NCBI GenBank assembly: GCA_963841015.1
Contig: CAWJAX010000005.1
Span: forward strand, 160,001 to 224,000
Source: an uncultured Methanoregulaceae archaeon
Lineage (GTDB): Archaea > Halobacteriota > Methanomicrobia > Methanomicrobiales > Methanospirillaceae
Direction of reading: 5' to 3'
Length of the DNA stretch: 64,000 bases
Positions within the stretch are counted from its first letter, which is position 1; each line of letters begins with the position of its first letter. Under the pieces are notes generated by a model. That model was not told where the DNA came from. It did not search any database and saw nothing but the letters and a program-made list of their open reading frames with translations. The translations under genes and the position numbers were made by a program. This document shows, piece by piece, positions 54,401 through 61,861 of the stretch.

Positions 54401-54556
54401 GCCTCCGATGCGCCTGATGCAACAGCTGAAACCGTCAGTAAAACGGTAGGGGGACGAGGGAAAACGTTTATTAAACTTGAAGCTCCCCCGTTCCTGGACG
54501 ATACGCAGTTCTTCAATCAAAATCCGTGGGGGATTGTGGATAGCAGGAGCATTTAA
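51425..54556 (+). CDS. Large secreted adhesin-like protein: Ig-like (invasin/Big_1-type) repeats plus vWA domain
   Basis: Signal peptide; repeated A+G...TI...V.D..GNPV modules; MIDAS DKSGS, GGT, ILMTDG; many N-x-S/T sequons. Confidence 0.85.
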   Translation: MRVKPGILLIIGLLFLAGTVTAVGIPDTLTVTTDKAWIIANNVDQSTIIVKVTNTTSDPGPVPGIIVNLEVDPLYGNISPIQVTTNISGMASSTFKVSTKSGAAQINASIPAGVSGSTMQNIDHNSAYFADFTHPINGTVASEVPFNVSLTDQYRNPVDNRRGNHIIKLHVHGPFPDDCGFAEAGYAHDISPTLDANGNTTVNIKLTSKIGDNNVAMDAYESIPNQLEWISAEAIGKPFSMTQVISPSGSPPTLPADGVSYFTIIYNLFDEFGNPTNKQFIWVNTSIPGEEQQFLSNNVGQVTVQYGPRSSIGEIDIIATSVANSTLTLTQRVKFKHTGAEIISLTANPDTMPSQDANPLFTSNIIATVADISGNAVPGETVDFIIENITYDASYNVTADPSLLSSSAITDVYGRALVQFRPGNFTAVGNPGYNATATGHCMMNATWKNSTKKVPVTWKNYPYLSLSTSVNPHTVEINKTIDVTIEFRGDGFALQPTPIDVVMVIDKSGSMENYNIGGITRMQAAKNAASTFVNKMNEGTDRIGVVTFDREDTVITDAPLGAPFLTITNTINAIDPNNGGTAMRQGFKQGIDHIKANGRPSAVRAVILMTDGNWNLGGSPLAVGRGYDLNTWVRDNRDRGVATKYYGFSGLATDFEDQDYRWYSGLGGNLSSSSDTVVRTPRKIDPATGFDVASRTTESRSGGSYYINGQFTQQNMSIYAKDNNIRLYTLSFAMNIPADERNALITLANSTGGFYRHAPTQADLEAFYTEIAGDLKDTAGVNATMTADFDKINVTGFEMDGDQVYDYVYHPTESTKIRWQDGITNVSDQSADWLADSKLDFNIGTIKVGQYWNATFRLKVKQGGLIDVFGNHSTVSFNGGAENLYLPQTFITVIPNLSVTNITMKTITLDNLMCTETGEIKALFPVQWNTNYTGNKTLTEKVYYRIDNKGPWVQFDIKTHPYDPLTMEYVNYAQLDVTKLPWGNYTIQVRATASDAPDATAETVSKTVGGRGKTFIKLEAPPFLDDTQFFNQNPWGIVDSRSI

Positions 54557-54770
54557 AAAAACATCTTTCTTATAGGATCGGGGAATGTTTCTCCACCAGT
54601 AATTGGCAATCATTTCTCAAATCTTTGGAAAATACACACGATTATTACTAATCCTGACGAACAATCAGACATTGTTTGGTATTCAGGAAACCGTTATGCG
54701 ATTCCAATCGAAGTAATCCGAACAGAAAAAAATCTTTATAATTTCATTTTTTCGTTTCCCGGATGTTATT

Positions 54771-55436
54771 ATGAAAATGATGAAAGATATTTCCCCAAAC
54801 GACAGGCCACGTGAGAAGATTGCAAAAAAAGGCGCCTCTGCCCTTTCAGACACTGAATTGATCGAGGCAATCATTGGGCGGGGAACAAAAAACAAAGACG
54901 TCCGCATGCTTGCAAAAGAAATCTGCGGGCTTATCGAGATACACAGGGAAAAAATCAGGTATGATGATCTGGCAGCAATACAGGGAATCGGACCTACTAA
55001 AGCGTCGCAGATCACGGCATGCTTTGAACTCTCGCGGAGATATTCCCCGAATGGAGGAGCGAATACGCATGTGACAAAACCCGAAGATATCCTCCCCCAT
55101 GTTGCTTATTTAAAAGAAAAACGGCAGGAGCATTTCATCTGTATCACCCTCAATGGCGCCGGTGAGGTTCTCGGTAATAGAACAATAACCCTGGGTCTGC
55201 TCAACCACAGCCTTGTCCATCCGCGGGAGGTGTTTGCCGATGCAATCACGGACAGGGCCGCATCTATCATCTGCGTTCACAATCACCCTTCGGGTTCCCT
55301 TGATCCCAGCCCACAGGACATTGCGATCACAACTCAGCTGAAAGAAGCGGGAGTGCTTCTCGGCATCCAGCTGATTGATCATATCATTGTCACAAAAACC
55401 GGTTACCTGAGCATGAAAGAGCGTGGTCTGATTTAA
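54771..55436 (+). CDS. radC: RadC/UPF0758 JAB-domain protein
   Basis: RPREK, GIGPTKA HhH, VHPREVF, HNHPSG..PS..D, DHII. Confidence 0.93.
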   Translation: MKMMKDISPNDRPREKIAKKGASALSDTELIEAIIGRGTKNKDVRMLAKEICGLIEIHREKIRYDDLAAIQGIGPTKASQITACFELSRRYSPNGGANTHVTKPEDILPHVAYLKEKRQEHFICITLNGAGEVLGNRTITLGLLNHSLVHPREVFADAITDRAASIICVHNHPSGSLDPSPQDIAITTQLKEAGVLLGIQLIDHIIVTKTGYLSMKERGLI

Positions 55437-55700
55437 CGTAAAAAAAGCATCCCGATCCTGCAGGCATCCTGAGGTTCAATTATCCAAAGAATCAATAATA
55501 ATGCTTCATTCGGATTAATTCATGCATGGAAAATATTGGGATTGAAAAAAATTTATTAAAAATATACTCATCCCTGCTCATTCGACAAATTCTCATCCAC
55601 TGAAAGGTGAGATCAAATCCAGTGAATTACTTTACACATAAACCGATTTTTTTAAATTCCCTATTATTTCATAAACATCAATCTTTCAGGCGAGACAAAT

Positions 55701-55727
55701 ATTTATATAACGTAACCACAAAGTGGT
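55701..55727 (+). promoter_or_regulatory. TATA box with adjacent short palindrome upstream of the TasA-like operon
   Basis: TTTATATAA (55702-55710) followed by ACCAC-AAA-GTGGT (55715-55727). Confidence 0.45.
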
Positions 55728-55810
55728 AATTATCCTTTTTACGGGAAGAATTCGTTCAATTCGCTTGAGAGTCTTGAAAAAATAAGGTGGGAAAATTGAG
55801 AAAAAAAGAA

Positions 55811-56488
55811 ATGAGTACGAAAAAAGTTCTCCTAATCAGCATCATGCTGATAGCACTGACTGCACTCCTGACAGGTGTTGGAACAATGGCATATTTCAGT
55901 TCAACACAAACAAGCGGACCAAACCTGCTCAGCACCGGAAGCATTTCAATTAATGTAAATGGTCAGGATCCCTGGTCAGGCACCTTCAACGCAACGCTTG
56001 CAGATGTGAAACCCGGATTAAAGCGTTGGGGAAATGTTACCTTGCAGAACACCGGGCAGAATCAGGCTGATCTCTGGTTGAATACCATAAATGTTGTTAC
56101 CGACAACGGATCAAATACTTCTGCTGAAATTCTGGAGCCCTACGCCTTTGATATCGATGGGGTAATCCGGTATGATTTGTATAATAACACGGGTTCGGGT
56201 CTTCAGCCAATAATCGTGGATACTGATGATTATACAATCAGCACGGGTTCCCATAATTTAACCGGCGCACTTCAGACCACGGCTGTGAAAAATCAATGGA
56301 TTTACCTTGGTAACATTCCCTCCGGAGCAACGTGGCAGATTAACCAGAGTTATATGATGGACGGGAATGTCACCAACTGGGCACAGACGGATAATATGAC
56401 GTTTAACGTTGTATTTTATGCCCAACAAAGCCAGGGCAATCCCCAGCCGGCAGCTCCGTCACCAGAACTGCCCGGACACGGAAGATAA
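55811..56488 (+). CDS. TasA/CalY-like fibre subunit with SipW-cognate signal peptide
   Basis: KK-hydrophobic-GTMA|YFS...N...G.+.+ signal and N-terminal strand; KPG and NTG motifs; AQ...TF.V.F.AQQ C-terminal strand. Confidence 0.85.
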   Translation: MSTKKVLLISIMLIALTALLTGVGTMAYFSSTQTSGPNLLSTGSISINVNGQDPWSGTFNATLADVKPGLKRWGNVTLQNTGQNQADLWLNTINVVTDNGSNTSAEILEPYAFDIDGVIRYDLYNNTGSGLQPIIVDTDDYTISTGSHNLTGALQTTAVKNQWIYLGNIPSGATWQINQSYMMDGNVTNWAQTDNMTFNVVFYAQQSQGNPQPAAPSPELPGHGR

Positions 56489-56496
56489 TCCATAGT

Positions 56497-56516
56497 GTGC
56501 AGGTAATTTCCTGCAC
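56497..56516 (+). terminator. Intergenic hairpin after the TasA-like gene (partial terminator or mRNA stabiliser)
   Basis: GTGCAGG-TAATTT-CCTGCAC. Confidence 0.5.
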
Positions 56517-56534
56517 CGCTACATTTAGGGTGAC

Positions 56535-57068
56535 GTGATTAAGGAGATGAATACGCAAAACCTGAGATTAGTTGAGCCTCAAATAAAAAAACTGGGGAGA
56601 ATCGCGGCAATTCTCATCCTTATTTTAATTATTGCAGGATCATTATTCACGATTTTTACCCCTTTTTTTGGCTGGAGGACTGAGGTCGTCATTTCAGGGA
56701 GTATGGAGCCTGCAATATCAACAGGAAGTGTCGTTATCGTCCGCCCGGTAATTCCTGATACTCTCCGAAAAGGAGATGTAATCATGTATTATTCTCCCGA
56801 TAAATCGAGCCTGACCACACATCGTGTATTTTATGTAGCATCTGAGCCCTCACTCCAGTTCATCACCAAAGGAGATGCCAACAATAATTCTGATGTGATT
56901 CCTGTCACGCCGGGTCAAGTCGTCGGAATAGTTGCATTCACTATACCGTATCTGGGTCTTCTTGCCCAGTTCATCAAAACACCATTTGGATTTACACTTT
57001 TCCTGCTGATCCCGGCAGTGATTCTTATCGGACGCGAGATGCTTGATCTTTGGAGAGAGATGGAATAA
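56535..57068 (+). CDS. sipW: Signal peptidase I, SipW (ER/S26B) type
   Basis: TM, V.SGSMEP (Ser), GDVI, THRV (His), TKGDANN..D, IPYLG, C-terminal TM. Confidence 0.92.
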   Translation: MIKEMNTQNLRLVEPQIKKLGRIAAILILILIIAGSLFTIFTPFFGWRTEVVISGSMEPAISTGSVVIVRPVIPDTLRKGDVIMYYSPDKSSLTTHRVFYVASEPSLQFITKGDANNNSDVIPVTPGQVVGIVAFTIPYLGLLAQFIKTPFGFTLFLLIPAVILIGREMLDLWREME

Positions 57069-57091
57069 CAGAAGAGAAAAGCTGCCAGACC

Positions 57092-58456
57092 ATGAAAAAA
57101 ACAACCATCGTAATAATCGTTTTAACTCTCGTGGTAATTTCTCTCAGCACCTTTGGTACGACACATGCACATTTCACCTCCGGGCAGGTTACAGGTCCGC
57201 ATCTTATTTCCACATGGCAATCCTATTTTTGGATCCAGACCAGTCAGGCTGACTATCAGATGGGGATATTAGAGAATGTTGATATAATATCCAGTCCTGG
57301 TAACGTGAAACTGGTCATGAGAAATATATCTCCGACAATGTATGCAACATTCGGAAGCGGATCAACTACTTTTCAGCAGTATAATGTTTCTAACAACACC
57401 TGGAACTCGCTGGCAAATACACTTGGCAGTATAAGCAACGGAGGGGCTGTTGCAAAAGATAATCTTAGTTACCTTTACGCGTTACGGGGAGGAGGTACTA
57501 CAAATTTTTACCGGTACTCAATCCCGTTCAATAACTGGTCATCCATGACCGTAACTCCCGCCACCATTAATTCCGGTGGCGCTTTGGTATATACCGGCGG
57601 AAATTACCTTTACGCGTTACGGGGGGGCGGACAGCGTAACTTATACCGGTATTCAATGCCCTTCAATAACTGGTCATCCATGACCGCAACTCCCGCCACC
57701 ATTAATTCCGGTGGCGCTTTGGTATATACCGGCGGAAATTACCTTTACGCGTTACGGGGGGGCGGACAGCGTAACTTATACCGGTATTCAATGCCCTTCA
57801 ATAACTGGTCATCCATGACCGTAACTCCCGCCACCATTAATTCCGGTGGCGCTTTGGTATATACCGGCGGAAATTACCTTTACGCGTTACGGGGAGGAGG
57901 TACTACAAATTTTTACCGGTACTCAATCCCGTTCAATAACTGGTCTTCCATGGCCGCAACTCCCGGTCCTGTAAATGCTGGCGGGGCTCTGGTATCTGAT
58001 AACGGGAACAATATTTATGCTTTTAACGGTTCTTCGCAAAAATTCTGGCTCTATAATATTTCCACAAACACCTGGAACGATACTCTTGTTTCTGATCCCC
58101 CCGGTCTGGCAGGCTGGGGGGGCAGTCTTTCGTACCGTCCTGGTTCTTCCGGATATCTGCCACTTGGTAAACTTACTTCAGCCGTATATGATACCGGGAA
58201 TTCTGGTTCACGATGGGACTCCCTTTCCTGGGATAGCACACTTGTTGCAGGAACAAATGTCACGTTTGAGGTGCGAGCGTCCGATATTCCTTATACCAGC
58301 ACAGATTTATTACCTGCATGGCAGCAATCCGGCTGGCCATCACCAGTTAATTCAGGATTACCAACCGGAAGGTACATTCAATGGCGTGCAACCCTCTTCA
58401 CGACAGATACATCAGGAACGCCAATTCTTAGTGAGGTGCGGGTATGGTACTCATAA
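57092..58456 (+). CDS. SipW-cognate secreted protein with Kelch-like beta-propeller (putative tip adhesin)
   Basis: KK-hydrophobic-GTTHA|HFTS signal; six Y..RGG...YRY....N.W repeats. Confidence 0.8.
   Translation: MKKTTIVIIVLTLVVISLSTFGTTHAHFTSGQVTGPHLISTWQSYFWIQTSQADYQMGILENVDIISSPGNVKLVMRNISPTMYATFGSGSTTFQQYNVSNNTWNSLANTLGSISNGGAVAKDNLSYLYALRGGGTTNFYRYSIPFNNWSSMTVTPATINSGGALVYTGGNYLYALRGGGQRNLYRYSMPFNNWSSMTATPATINSGGALVYTGGNYLYALRGGGQRNLYRYSMPFNNWSSMTVTPATINSGGALVYTGGNYLYALRGGGTTNFYRYSIPFNNWSSMAATPGPVNAGGALVSDNGNNIYAFNGSSQKFWLYNISTNTWNDTLVSDPPGLAGWGGSLSYRPGSSGYLPLGKLTSAVYDTGNSGSRWDSLSWDSTLVAGTNVTFEVRASDIPYTSTDLLPAWQQSGWPSPVNSGLPTGRYIQWRATLFTTDTSGTPILSEVRVWYS
57469..57990 (+). repeat. About 3.9 near-identical 135-bp (45-aa) tandem repeats inside the propeller gene
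   Basis: TTACCTTTACGCGTTACGGGG recurs at 57469, 57604, 57739 and 57874. Confidence 0.95.
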
Positions 58457-58517
58457 GCACAAGTGCGCAAGTATTCATCCCATTAAGGAAATACCTCGTA
58501 ATGCTGAGGGGGGTATA

Positions 58518-59336
58518 TTGACGATTTCAGGGATTACTTACCGGAATTCATTATTCCCTCTGGCGGGATTCATTTTCATCCTTCTCTTTCTCCTGCCTGT
58601 ACCTGTTTTTGCACAGGGCCCCGTTGACCTCACTTTCGAAGAAACGGGTGTTTTCCCCTGGAGTATCACGGGAATTCTACCAGGAGATCATGGTTCTACC
58701 TTTATCGATCTTCACAATAACGGAACCGAGAGTGGGATTGTCTATATCTGGGTTGACAATATCAGCACTACCGATCGATACGGTAATCCGGGAGGCGGGC
58801 TGGCAAATTATATGTACTTCAATGTCTCAAATCATGACCTTACCAGCACAATAAATCTTCCAGCCCGAATCAATTCCTTTCCAAAAGCTCCCCTCCTCGA
58901 GGACCATTTCATCATTATCGATTCATTCAAACCCGGAGATACCATCAGACTTAACTGGACATGGGAATTTGAAGAAACGGGACAACCACAGAATGATGCA
59001 CAGAATAATACTCTTCACTTCAACATCTCATACACGCTGGTGAATCTGACCGCCCCCGTGATACCAACGCCAGTACCAACGGGTATCCAACCTGGTTTGC
59101 CGGGGGGAACAGGAATGAATCCCCAAAATCCTTCCCTGTTCGAGCCCGGAGGGATCCCGGGATTAAATCCTGCTCAACGTCCCCAACTCAGAGCACCAAT
59201 TGAAGAGCCGCCTGAAATGGAGATCGAGCAACCGGAACTCCCTGAATACGGATGCATTATGGCGATAGGGCTCATCGCCATAATTTTCATAATCTCCGTT
59301 CTGGTGCTCTGGAAACGGAAAAAAGACAGGAAATAA
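58518..59336 (+). CDS. Membrane-anchored TasA-fold-like protein (putative pilus base); start reassigned to TTG 58518
   Basis: GAGGGGGG RBS; ordinary signal peptide ending VFA; ILPGD, NNGT, KPGD, NDAQNNTLHFNISYTL; Pro-rich linker; LPEYG, TM helix, KRKKDRK. Confidence 0.75.
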   Translation: MTISGITYRNSLFPLAGFIFILLFLLPVPVFAQGPVDLTFEETGVFPWSITGILPGDHGSTFIDLHNNGTESGIVYIWVDNISTTDRYGNPGGGLANYMYFNVSNHDLTSTINLPARINSFPKAPLLEDHFIIIDSFKPGDTIRLNWTWEFEETGQPQNDAQNNTLHFNISYTLVNLTAPVIPTPVPTGIQPGLPGGTGMNPQNPSLFEPGGIPGLNPAQRPQLRAPIEEPPEMEIEQPELPEYGCIMAIGLIAIIFIISVLVLWKRKKDRK

Positions 59337-59539
59337 AAGGAAGAGAGGAATGTATGGGTATTTCTTCTTTTGAATGTCATAACAAACATCTGCCAGGTTC
59401 CCGTGGTAAATCGTTTTGGGAGTATGCAACCGGTGCACCCGAGGATTTTTTTTTATTGATTCAGAAGGGCAGCAACATCAACAGATTCATAGAAATTATA
59501 TATTACCGGGTCAAGAGTGTGAAATATGAGGAATAGCCA

Positions 59540-61861
59540 ATGAAACTGTTTGATTCTTCACGGCAGGACAAGCCCGTTTTTTTCCCTTGTTTTACATTTG
59601 TGTTTTTCATTCAGATCTTCTTTATTCTCCTGCTTTTACTATTCAACCCGGTTCATGCAGCTACCGATACTACGCCGGGATCAGCTCCTCAACTGGGATG
59701 GATGAATACATTCGAACAACCTGTTGAAGGAGGGAAATATTCAATCATTGCTGTAAGTGATGGGGGATCCGTGGCCATAGGAAATAGCAAATCCCTTCCA
59801 GGAAGTTCCAGTCTATACATCCTCAAAACTGATACAAATGGAAATAAAGTGTGGGAATGGACCGATGCTGGAAGTACCTACGAGGGATATTCTATTATTG
59901 AAACACGGGATAAAGGGTACATTATCGCCGGGAGTTCCAATACTACCACCACCAACGGGATTATCCTCAGGAAACTTGATCAGGCCGGAAAAATGACATG
60001 GACACAGCTATTCAATAAAGGTGAATATTACTTCGGTAATTATGTCAGTCCAACACGTGACGGTGGATTCATCGTTGCCGGGTCCGTGTTGAGGAATGAC
60101 ACTTCTCAATCATCACTCTGGGATGGTTACACTCTCAAAACCGATGCTGAAGGGAGAGAACAGTGGACCGGTTTTTTTAAGGGTGAAAAAAATGATTTTG
60201 CCAGGTTTATCCGCCAGACTGAAGATGGAGGGTACATAGTTGCCGGAATTACCGAAAGCTATGGCATTAACGGTGTTCCCTCTACGTACCTGCACAAAAT
60301 GAATGAATTTGGTAATAAAGAATGGTTTACTACCTATGGGACCGGGCCGGGGGATGAAAAACTATCGGTCATTCAAACGCCCGATGGAGGATATATCATC
60401 ATGGGAATCTCCCTGCCCGTTGCCATCAATCAAGGATATAAGGATCTTTTCCTGGTCAGAACCGATGATCATGGAAAAGAACTGTGGAGAAAAAATATTC
60501 CCGTGAGGGGGAGAGCCACAGGTAACATCCTTATCCCGGCGGCTGAAGGTGTAACCGTTATTGCAGGTTCTTACCAGGGATCTGAACGAGAAAAAACCGG
60601 CGAGATAATCATACTGGACATTGACCTGAACGGCAACGAGAAGCAGAACCGGACATTCAGTATTGGAAAATCTATCGATATTCAGGATATTGCGGTTGTC
60701 CCGGGTGAGGGATATTTCGTTACCGGTTTAGTATCCGGACCAGGAGGCCTTGAAAAAAAAGGGTTTACCATTATTAAGATACTCGATACCCCTTACCGCA
60801 CTGAAGTAACCGTAAAAAACTCATTCGAACTCACGGTAATAACAAAAGATGCTAAAACGGGGACATTTATTGGAGGGGCTCATGTATATCTCGATGGTAG
60901 GTCTACCGGAAGCACCTCGGAGCAGGATGGAAAGCAGATTCTCCGTGATGTTGAGAAGGGCTCACATACTATCAGGGTGGCAAAATCAGGATATGAAGAG
61001 ATTACCCGACCAGTAGATATTACTGAAAAGAAGCAGATCACCTTCACTCTCAACCGATCAAACGTGATACCGGTACAAATCCACGGATCAACAGATGAAA
61101 AGATCGATATTGTTTTTGTGCCTTCAAAAACTTCATTTAACTGTAATTCCAAAACAAAAATCCAGACCGACGCATATACCGGTAATCAGCAACGATTCAT
61201 CCAAGATGTAAACAATAAAATTGATGTATTTTTAACATTGGATTCCCTGACATCCGGCTCGGTGGGTTTGCCCGGGGATTTCAGGGAGCGTTTCAATTTT
61301 TATTACTACTGGGATACCGGAAGTTTCGCTGATGCTTTCGACGGTTGTGCTGGAACACTTCCCAATGAATTCTGGAATGATGCACCATTCACTGATGTGG
61401 CAATTATCATGTACCCATCCTATGAGGGTCGCTATTCCGGCTCTCCCTGTGAACCAATTGGGTGTGCAAACGGCCTGGGGCCCGGATCAGGATCCTGGCT
61501 GAAAGCACCAGCTGATTCTCCGATGATTTTTCTGCATGAGAGCGGGCATGTGGTCTTTGGTCTGATTGATACCTATTGCGGGGATACCTATTACGTGGAA
61601 AATTCTCCTTTTCCCAATGTCTGGAGTTCTGAGTCCTCATGCAAAAAAAAAGCCGAGCAGGAACGCTGGGATAGCACAAGCTGCCGGCAAATTTTAAAAC
61701 CTCCCAGCAGCCGTCCGATAGATCCCTGTGTGAAAAATTTCTGGAGAGCGGATACAGATCCCGATATCATGGGCAGCGGGGCATATTCCGGCAGGTTCGG
61801 CAATGCATCGACATCACGTATCCGCCATATTTTTGATACGATCAACAGGTGGCAGAAATGA
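59540..61861 (+). CDS. Secreted protein: DGG(Y/F)IxAG repeat propeller, PEGA-like domain and M64-like zinc metallopeptidase
   Basis: Signal peptide; repeated T.DGGYI.AG..; VYLDG...G.T...G.HTIRV.K.GYE; IDIVFVP, FNFY, HESGH...GL.D.Y. Confidence 0.75.
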   Translation: MKLFDSSRQDKPVFFPCFTFVFFIQIFFILLLLLFNPVHAATDTTPGSAPQLGWMNTFEQPVEGGKYSIIAVSDGGSVAIGNSKSLPGSSSLYILKTDTNGNKVWEWTDAGSTYEGYSIIETRDKGYIIAGSSNTTTTNGIILRKLDQAGKMTWTQLFNKGEYYFGNYVSPTRDGGFIVAGSVLRNDTSQSSLWDGYTLKTDAEGREQWTGFFKGEKNDFARFIRQTEDGGYIVAGITESYGINGVPSTYLHKMNEFGNKEWFTTYGTGPGDEKLSVIQTPDGGYIIMGISLPVAINQGYKDLFLVRTDDHGKELWRKNIPVRGRATGNILIPAAEGVTVIAGSYQGSEREKTGEIIILDIDLNGNEKQNRTFSIGKSIDIQDIAVVPGEGYFVTGLVSGPGGLEKKGFTIIKILDTPYRTEVTVKNSFELTVITKDAKTGTFIGGAHVYLDGRSTGSTSEQDGKQILRDVEKGSHTIRVAKSGYEEITRPVDITEKKQITFTLNRSNVIPVQIHGSTDEKIDIVFVPSKTSFNCNSKTKIQTDAYTGNQQRFIQDVNNKIDVFLTLDSLTSGSVGLPGDFRERFNFYYYWDTGSFADAFDGCAGTLPNEFWNDAPFTDVAIIMYPSYEGRYSGSPCEPIGCANGLGPGSGSWLKAPADSPMIFLHESGHVVFGLIDTYCGDTYYVENSPFPNVWSSESSCKKKAEQERWDSTSCRQILKPPSSRPIDPCVKNFWRADTDPDIMGSGAYSGRFGNASTSRIRHIFDTINRWQK

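Noticed and set aside
57469-57990. Repeats as a CRISPR array or a DGR template/variable repeat pair
   Set aside because: Units are contiguous, in-frame and 135 bp with no unique spacers. Differences are not adenine-specific, and no cas or reverse transcriptase gene is in the window.
57975-58517. N-terminal 181 codons of the 453-aa ORF
   Set aside because: They overlap the propeller gene out of frame. An RBS, a TTG and a signal peptide place the real start at 58518.
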